The notes beneath the pieces are model-generated. The model searched no databases, was not told the DNA's origin, and saw nothing but the letters and a program-made list of their open reading frames with translations. DNA of 64,000 nucleotides, from the IMG/VR virus record IMGVR_UViG_3300023311_001083, positions 11,886-75,885 of that record; one strand, 5' to 3'. The position numbers and the translations under genes are program-made. Position 1 is the stretch's first letter, and every line of letters starts with the position of its first letter. The DNA is from a virus (Duplodnaviria; Caudoviricetes). This document shows, piece after piece, positions 57,640 through 64,000 of this stretch.

Positions 57640-58610
57640 TTTTTTTTTTGAGAACTTAACATCATTCCTAATTTTCGACTATAATCAATACTTTCACGTT
57701 TTTCACGACTTGGGTCTACTGCAGGTAAATCAGATCCCAACGCTTCTGGTGCTGGTTCTTCAATACCAGGAGCCATTGAAGCATCTAATGATGTAGCTGG
57801 TGCAGATGCCATAGTTTGCTCTTCACCACCTGAAACCATAGCTAGGCCATTACTTAAAATTTGACGAGAGTCTTCCAATGTGCTGTATAAAGTTTCTAAT
57901 CCAGAACGAACTGTTTCAGAATAACGTTGTGCAACATCATTGCCAAATTCACGTTTTATTTGATCAATTAATTCAAGTAATTGTTCAGCTTTCATAGTCG
58001 CAACGTCTTCCAACCAACCTGTAACACGATCAACCATGTCTTTATTAGCCATAATCACTTCAGCTTTCTCTTCTTCACCTTCAAATATAAAGTTAATTTG
58101 TGATTCATTTAAATCATAACGTAACGATAATTCAGCAGATAATTCATCACGATCTGATTCACCTAAGGTCATTCTGCTGATAGCTGTGTCAATCCAGGAC
58201 TCAGGTATTGAATGTTTCATTGCATTTTTTCGGATAGTGGCAAAATAAACTGATTTACCTTTATCTTTACCATACTGTTTTTGCATAGATTTTTTCATAT
58301 CAGATGGATCAACTTTAGCTTTTATTGATTTTTCTTTAGTTTTCTCAGCTGGTGTCATTTCTCGTTCAAAAATTTCTTGATTAATTACATCTAAAAACAT
58401 TTTAGTTTTTTGATATTCATGATTTTCTGAAATACCAGAATAACTTTCATTCATTTCAAATTGGCTGATTTTTGTACGTAATTTATTTCTAGCATCTTCT
58501 AATTGAACATCTGAAAATTGTTCTAATTTGATTTGATAACCGAAATTTTTAGCTAAACTTTCATTTAAAAGTTTACTAGTAAGTTTTTTAGATAAGTCGT
58601 TTATATACAT
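57636..58610 (-). CDS. Acidic probable prohead core/scaffold-like protein
   Basis: Repeated LNES/MNES/LGES sites; ends SQKKK on C-A11-TAA; TAAATA 58635-58640. Confidence 0.55.
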   Translation of the reverse strand: MYINDLSKKLTSKLLNESLAKNFGYQIKLEQFSDVQLEDARNKLRTKISQFEMNESYSGISENHEYQKTKMFLDVINQEIFEREMTPAEKTKEKSIKAKVDPSDMKKSMQKQYGKDKGKSVYFATIRKNAMKHSIPESWIDTAISRMTLGESDRDELSAELSLRYDLNESQINFIFEGEEEKAEVIMANKDMVDRVTGWLEDVATMKAEQLLELIDQIKREFGNDVAQRYSETVRSGLETLYSTLEDSRQILSNGLAMVSGGEEQTMASAPATSLDASMAPGIEEPAPEALGSDLPAVDPSREKRESIDYSRKLGMMLSSQKKK

Positions 58611-58637
58611 TGTATTTTTCCTAAGCTGTTTTTGTAT

Positions 58638-59075
58638 TTATACAAAAGCGCAATTAAATCTTTTAAATATTTCATTTTTAAAATATTTAGCACGTTCAGT
58701 GCTATACTCTAATCTTGTTAGTGTAACAAGATATCTATGATCTGTATACTTAATTTTAGTTAATAAATTATTAAATCTTACTGAGTCATTATAATTTGAC
58801 CAATAAATTTCATCTAATAATTTAACTTCTACTCTAGAAGAATACGCGCGTGAAATATATTCTTTAGCAAATAATAACGCGCAGCTTTTTAAAAAAAAGT
58901 GACCAATTAATTCTTTGTTATTAATATCAAAAACACCCCATTTATTATGTTTGGTATTTTTAATAAGTAAGTTTTTATAAACTAAAACACCATTTGTTAA
59001 TGGCACTAGCGGTAAATGTTCTTGTAATTCTTCATCAAACACTTTGGCTAAATTTTTAAGCTTATACTTTTTCAT
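58638..59075 (-). CDS. Hypothetical protein
   Basis: 145-aa ORF. Confidence 0.55.
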   Translation of the reverse strand: MKKYKLKNLAKVFDEELQEHLPLVPLTNGVLVYKNLLIKNTKHNKWGVFDINNKELIGHFFLKSCALLFAKEYISRAYSSRVEVKLLDEIYWSNYNDSVRFNNLLTKIKYTDHRYLVTLTRLEYSTERAKYFKNEIFKRFNCAFV

Positions 59076-59265
59076 TTATAACAACTAATGGGTCTTTAAA
59101 ACCAATTTTTTTTACTAAACTTTTATGAATCATATTATTAATTTTAAGTTGATCATGTTCATTAAATAATGATAGTTTTACTGGATTTTCCAATTTTTTC
59201 AATAATTTAGACTCTTCAATAGTAATCCAAATTGAAAAGTCTGAAATTAATTCGTTAATTTTCAT
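59062..59265 (-). CDS. Hypothetical with capsid-targeting-like N-terminus
   Basis: MKINELIS. Confidence 0.55.
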   Translation of the reverse strand: MKINELISDFSIWITIEESKLLKKLENPVKLSLFNEHDQLKINNMIHKSLVKKIGFKDPLVVINEKV

Positions 59266-60020
59266 CTTAAGCCAGCAATTCTCAACATTTCAATTAATTC
59301 AGCTGATTCGGCATACGATGCTCGACCTTGTCCACTATTATTGTTATGGCCTCTTGCTGAACGTGAAAATTCATGATCTTGAATATCATTTATGAAACGA
59401 TCAGTTTTATCTCCACCAACATCAATATTTTCATGGTCCGGATCAATTGTATCGTCTTCATCTTGATCTTCATCAACAAATTTACTTCTATATGAATTTT
59501 TTTCAGTGCTATTTCTAGAGCCAATTACACCCAATCCTTCACCTGATAATAACATATCATACATCATTTTTATAACAGCCATTCTTGAATTAAGCATTTC
59601 TAATCTATTTTTAAAGTATTCAATTTTTTCAGGTTGAATACTAGCTGGGCCTTCATTGCTGATTAATGCAAATGCTTGTTGTTTTAATTCACCTAAATCT
59701 TTAATATGATTTAATTTGCCTAAGTCCTCTGGTGTAAAGTTAACATGTACTTTTGCTTTTTTGCCACGTTCTTCTGCAACTGGTTTATTAGGATCTGCTG
59801 GTTTTAATTTATCACCAACTTGTGGTGCAGCATCTGGTTTTTTATTAGGATCATTATTAGTTGAAACTGTGCCATCTGGGTTTTTTGATAAAGATAAAGC
59901 ATCTGGATAAGTAGTAGTTACTTTTGTTTCTGGGTCAGTTACTGTAACTGGTTTTTTAGGATCATTAGGATCTATTGCAGTGATCTGTTGATCTTCTTTT
60001 AAAATTTCATTAATTTTCAT
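59262..60020 (-). CDS. Probable internal head protein
   Basis: MKINEILKE; C-terminal ESAELIEMLRIAGLR. Confidence 0.55.
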   Translation of the reverse strand: MKINEILKEDQQITAIDPNDPKKPVTVTDPETKVTTTYPDALSLSKNPDGTVSTNNDPNKKPDAAPQVGDKLKPADPNKPVAEERGKKAKVHVNFTPEDLGKLNHIKDLGELKQQAFALISNEGPASIQPEKIEYFKNRLEMLNSRMAVIKMMYDMLLSGEGLGVIGSRNSTEKNSYRSKFVDEDQDEDDTIDPDHENIDVGGDKTDRFINDIQDHEFSRSARGHNNNSGQGRASYAESAELIEMLRIAGLR

Positions 60021-60708
60021 ATTTTTCTCCGAAGCTTAAACGCTTACTTTCTAATTTATTTATATGGTTTGCCAGTTTATCAATTTTCCCACGGGCACGA
60101 AGTAATTTAAATGCTAAATTTTCCACAGAGTATTCACCGGTTTTAGCTAAACCAGACTTTCTCAATCTACGAATATCTTCCATGGTTTGTGAAGCATCAT
60201 CCAAATTATCTGATTTTAATGCTTTATTAATTCTTCCGGCATAATTTCTAGCTTTACTGTTAACTTCTGCTTCAGAAACAACAGGTGCTGAATGTTTGGG
60301 TTTTACTAACCATTTATCATTTAAAATACTATAAATTCCAGCAGATGCATGTGGTTGGTCTTTATCCTGTACATATAATTCTACTGGAATTGATTTAATT
60401 TTTATATCATGTGTAAAATTATAATTATTTTTTTTAGCAGTATAAAAATCTGCCATCTCTGAATCCATTTTTACAACTAAATGTAAGTCTATATCAGAAT
60501 ATTGAGTATATCCAAAACTAGCATTGCTTCCGCTAATGGTTATATCAGTGAGATTTAGTTTTTTAACATTTAAAAAATTAGCAAAATTTTGAGCAATCAG
60601 CATTAAACGATATCTTATTTCAGTATTTAATTTATCATTTTCCCACAATAGAGGATTTAATGTTTCATTAAATGGAACTGCTTGAATTGCTAATTCATTA
60701 AATGTCAT
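60010..60708 (-). CDS. Pol-beta-superfamily nucleotidyltransferase
   Basis: ISGSNASFGYTQYSDIDLHLV plus later VELYVQ. Confidence 0.7.
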   Translation of the reverse strand: MTFNELAIQAVPFNETLNPLLWENDKLNTEIRYRLMLIAQNFANFLNVKKLNLTDITISGSNASFGYTQYSDIDLHLVVKMDSEMADFYTAKKNNYNFTHDIKIKSIPVELYVQDKDQPHASAGIYSILNDKWLVKPKHSAPVVSEAEVNSKARNYAGRINKALKSDNLDDASQTMEDIRRLRKSGLAKTGEYSVENLAFKLLRARGKIDKLANHINKLESKRLSFGEKYEN

Positions 60709-60710
60709 AT

Positions 60711-60953
60711 TTAAAATTTCATTAATATTGTAATAACGGTTGATAATAAACCAGCAATAACTGTTGCTGTGGAACCGATTATTACTTTGTTTATGCTAGA
60801 CTGGCTAGTACTAAGATTTTCTGCTAATGCAGTTACTTTTGATTCAATTGCTGATAAACGTACTTCTAACTGTTTATATCGCTCTGCACATAATTCAACA
60901 TGTGCTTCCAAGTTGTTTTTTTCAATATCAGTCGTTGCCATTATGTTCTCCAA
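60711..60953 (-). CDS. Coiled-coil protein with C-terminal TM helix
   Basis: LEVRLSAIESKV...IIGSTATVIAGLLSTVITILM. Confidence 0.55.
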   Translation of the reverse strand: MENIMATTDIEKNNLEAHVELCAERYKQLEVRLSAIESKVTALAENLSTSQSSINKVIIGSTATVIAGLLSTVITILMKF

Positions 60954-61010
60954 TCTGTTAATAGGTCAAAATACCATGTGTCAGTTGTATTTATCGAATT
61001 TTAAAATTAT

Positions 61011-61415
61011 TTATATCTTGAAAAATATTATATTTTTACCTATTCCAGTTGTAACAAAAACTGCATATTTCTGTTCCATTAGTTCATTTAACCCTTGAAT
61101 ATATGGTACTAAATTAAAATCTTTTTTTAATAATACAACCGGATCATTTTCTGATTCGTATAAACTGTCTTGTTCAGTATAGAAATCAAATCGCCATACT
61201 CTGATAAAATCATCAGTATCAAAACCAATTAAAGAACCTTTAATTTCTGACATTATTGGACTAGAATTATAAAAAATGTTAGCTCTAATCCCTAAAGTTT
61301 GTAATATTGTATTGAAGTTTTGTTCTTGTCGTTTAGCCGTTTCTGTAGCAGTATGTGGGGTGTATTTTCTAGAATGAGTGATGTCTACTAAGGTATATAG
61401 TTTATAAGTGTTCAT
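61011..61415 (-). CDS. Hypothetical late protein
   Basis: Start moved to MNTY, 4 nt after TAAATA (61420-61425). Confidence 0.55.
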   Translation of the reverse strand: MNTYKLYTLVDITHSRKYTPHTATETAKRQEQNFNTILQTLGIRANIFYNSSPIMSEIKGSLIGFDTDDFIRVWRFDFYTEQDSLYESENDPVVLLKKDFNLVPYIQGLNELMEQKYAVFVTTGIGKNIIFFKI

Positions 61416-61432
61416 GTAGTATTTAGTAGCCA

Positions 61433-61461
61433 AAAAAAAGGCTCATATAAAATGAGCCTTT
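61433..61461. terminator. Intrinsic terminator
   Basis: A-tract-GGCTCAT/ATGAGCC-T-tract. Confidence 0.75.
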
Positions 61462-61479
61462 TGATATGTTAATTACTAA

Positions 61480-62004
61480 TTATCCGCGAGAATTAACAGC
61501 ACTTCCAACAAAGTTAGAAGTTCCTGCAGCAGTGTCAATAGCAGTCACAACAACTGTACCATCATACACTGAACCTGCTGAGCCAGAAACTGTACCATTG
61601 CCTAAACGTCTAGCAAGAGTATCAGTAATTGCAGCTTCTAAATCAGACCAAGATTTATCTTGTATGTTAGCGTTAGAACCAGTACCACTGTCATTAGCAG
61701 TTTCAGCAGCTACAACAGCTAAGAAAGTTGTTGCATCTGGTTGACCAACTGCATAAATTTCTGCAACTGAAGAAATAGCACGAACTGCAGCTGAAAAATA
61801 ACTGTCTGAATCAGTGTAAGAGCCAGTAAACGCACCTGTTGATGCACCAGTTACTGCAAATTTTTGAACAGTAAAATCAATATCACTGTTACCAGCTGTG
61901 CCAGCAGTTACTTGAATGATACGTAACGCACGAGTGCCGAATTGAGTTGTTGGGCTAGTTTTTAAGTAGTTAGCAGCTACTGTTGTTCCTAATAAAGATG
62001 GCAT
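61480..62004 (-). CDS. Probable virion structural protein
   Basis: Ala/Thr/Gly-rich, AGGAG RBS, own TAAATA and terminator. Confidence 0.5.
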   Translation of the reverse strand: MPSLLGTTVAANYLKTSPTTQFGTRALRIIQVTAGTAGNSDIDFTVQKFAVTGASTGAFTGSYTDSDSYFSAAVRAISSVAEIYAVGQPDATTFLAVVAAETANDSGTGSNANIQDKSWSDLEAAITDTLARRLGNGTVSGSAGSVYDGTVVVTAIDTAAGTSNFVGSAVNSRG

Positions 62005-62070
62005 AGTATTTCTCCTTTTTAACCATGTGGCTTACAATTGTGAGCCTTACGAAAGTATTTATCATTTCTG

Positions 62071-62322
62071 TTATTTTTTACTTTCCTTCAGAAGTTTAAT
62101 GCCACGATTAAATTTAGCAGGATTTTTTGATTTTATACTATTAATGAACCGTCTTTCTAGATCATCTGCTATTTCCGGATCATAACTTTCTTTAATTAAA
62201 TTAATTAGATTTATTGCACTTTGAATAATATTAGCACCGCGACAGTCAATGATCAAATCTTGATTTTTATTAATTGAAATGTCACTTAATTCTTGTAAAA
62301 TTGATCTAGTTGACTTTTTCAT
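62071..62322 (-). CDS. Hypothetical protein
   Basis: 83-aa ORF. Confidence 0.55.
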   Translation of the reverse strand: MKKSTRSILQELSDISINKNQDLIIDCRGANIIQSAINLINLIKESYDPEIADDLERRFINSIKSKNPAKFNRGIKLLKESKK

Positions 62323-62333
62323 ATGCTATCCTA

Positions 62334-62741
62334 TTATTCGACTGCTTGTTGACCAAATAATTCTGGGTGTAATTTACCCCATTTCCGCATTACCACAGCA
62401 GCTTGTGCATTTGCTTCATTCTCTTCTGGACTTCCATCTACTCCGCTATCTTGGGTTAATTGATCATTTAAATCTTGTCTATAGTGAACTAGCTCATGTG
62501 CCAATGTCCTGAGGCAATCATTAATGTGACGGTTTTTAACAGTAAGATTAATACTTTTATTACCTGGTCCATACCCACCAAATGAACGATGTTCTATGCT
62601 GTGGGAATTATCATCTTGGATATTAATATTAGGTAATTCATCCAAATTTAATTCATTGGCTGCAAATTTAACAAAGCTATTAATTATTTTAATAGCGTTG
62701 TCTCTTTTTAATCCTTCTGTTAAAATTTCACGTATTTTCAT
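62334..62741 (-). CDS. HExxH metallopeptidase-like protein with capsid-targeting-like N-terminus
   Basis: MKIREILTE; LRTLAHELVHYRQ...EENEANA. Confidence 0.65.
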   Translation of the reverse strand: MKIREILTEGLKRDNAIKIINSFVKFAANELNLDELPNINIQDDNSHSIEHRSFGGYGPGNKSINLTVKNRHINDCLRTLAHELVHYRQDLNDQLTQDSGVDGSPEENEANAQAAVVMRKWGKLHPELFGQQAVE

Positions 62742-62745
62742 ATAC

Positions 62746-63999
62746 TTATTTATCGAAATTTGTATAATAATCGTTCAATAACAACTTAACTTTTTCTAAT
62801 GGTTCTTTCCAAGAACGTGGTTTTGATTGTGTAATCACGGTAAAGTTATCACCATACCATGGTGATGAATCATCTGTTCTAGTTGAGTACCATAAGTAGT
62901 ATTTGGCTATTGGTACAATAACTATTGTGCGTTTACCCATTGCGCCTGCGGCATGAACTAAACTAGTACATGATGAAACAATTATATCCATTTGATCGAT
63001 ATAATCTAATGTATCCTCCCAAGTTTCAAGTTTATCAGCTAACGAGATTGTATCAGGGTGAGTTTTATCTTTATCAAAATAATAAATTGATGCACCTTTT
63101 GGCAATGCTTCTAACATTTCATCTATTGGTATTTTACGATAAATTTCTTGATGAAAGTACAGGTTCCCATCACATTTAATACCTATTTTAAAATTGGTAT
63201 CATGTAATTTATTTTTTTCTTGTCTAAGAGGCGTTATATATGGTTTTGTCCAAAGATTTGATTCGTTAACACCTAAATAGGCTGGTAAACTTAATAAATT
63301 TGTCCATAAATATTCTTTTTTAAAAAATAAGTGATTATCAACAATATTAAAACCATGACGTTTAAATACCTCAAGTGTTCCAAATTTTCTGGAAGGGTCT
63401 GTGTATATAATAACATTCATCCCTAACTTTTTCAGTCTATCAATAAATCTAATATTAATAAATTCATCACCTATTCCTCCTTCCATATTGATAACAATAG
63501 TCGAACCAGGTTTTGATACACCATTCCAAAATTTAAGATTCAGAATATTTTCAAATAGTTTATTTTTTTGTTTATCAATATTAATAAAATTTAATATTCC
63601 TTCTGATGTTTTTCCGTTACATAACAATTTTCGAAATAAAAAATTATTTTTTGATTTATTTAATTTTTCGTCACTTATATGCATAGAGGATAATAGGTTA
63701 TCTGCTGATTTATAATCTCCTGTTAAGCTAATTGCGCCAGATTTTGAAAGTAAGCTTTCTTCATCTGTGGGTTTAATCATAAGATTAATATTAATATAAA
63801 ATAAAGCTTCATTTGGATAATTTAAACGTAAATACGCATTATATAAATTTACTCTACTTGAAAATAATTGTTCAGAAGTTTTAGAATTGACATAAACATA
63901 TTTTGCGCATTGTAAAAATAATTCAAGATGATTAGCAATACTTGCGCATTCTCCTAAAATTTCAAAATCATCTGTATCCTGTGCAATTTTTTCAAACGC
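62746..63999 (-). CDS. TPR-region plus GT9-like glycosyltransferase (5' end outside window)
   Basis: Frame is open upstream of 63780 to the window edge; MEGGIGDEFINIRF and DIIVSSCTSLVHAAGAMG motifs. Confidence 0.65.
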   Translation of the reverse strand, partial: AFEKIAQDTDDFEILGECASIANHLELFLQCAKYVYVNSKTSEQLFSSRVNLYNAYLRLNYPNEALFYININLMIKPTDEESLLSKSGAISLTGDYKSADNLLSSMHISDEKLNKSKNNFLFRKLLCNGKTSEGILNFINIDKQKNKLFENILNLKFWNGVSKPGSTIVINMEGGIGDEFINIRFIDRLKKLGMNVIIYTDPSRKFGTLEVFKRHGFNIVDNHLFFKKEYLWTNLLSLPAYLGVNESNLWTKPYITPLRQEKNKLHDTNFKIGIKCDGNLYFHQEIYRKIPIDEMLEALPKGASIYYFDKDKTHPDTISLADKLETWEDTLDYIDQMDIIVSSCTSLVHAAGAMGKRTIVIVPIAKYYLWYSTRTDDSSPWYGDNFTVITQSKPRSWKEPLEKVKLLLNDYYTNFDK

Positions 64000-64000
64000 A

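Noticed and set aside
62746-63780. N-terminally truncated glycosyltransferase
   Set aside because: The frame stays open to the window edge; the ORF track simply picked the first internal ATG.

Overview
AT-rich (~30% GC), densely coding segment of a large (probably jumbo) myovirus-type phage of a Gram-negative, probably proteobacterial, host. Most genes are on the minus strand. No tRNA, rRNA or CRISPR array was found. Replication and nucleotide genes: family-B DNA polymerase, sliding clamp, clamp loader, ATP-dependent ligase, nrdA/nrdB, exonucleases. The polymerase is broken into three ORFs by two free-standing endonuclease genes. The second break carries a Ser1/Ser+1 naturally split intein at YGDTD|S. 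The first break splits the exonuclease domain with no splicing motifs, leaving two extra peptide tails. Proteostasis genes: ClpA, ClpP, ClpS, DnaK, DnaJ-like, GroES, Hsp20, parvulin. Host-like auxiliary genes: bS21, CspA, PhoH, heme oxygenase plus bilin reductase, QueD, a TGT-like fragment, three glycosyltransferases. Also spanins, baseplate/tail proteins and many likely head proteins sharing an M-[KR]-x-x-E-[ILF]-[LI]-x-E N-terminal tag. Transcription signals are consensus sigma70 early promoters and TAAATA late promoters, several of which look leaderless. Non-coding highlights: a ~600-nt structured RNA candidate with its own promoter, three smaller structured elements and an A11 slippery site leading into a start-less ORF. 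All family calls come from motif recognition only; no searches were run.
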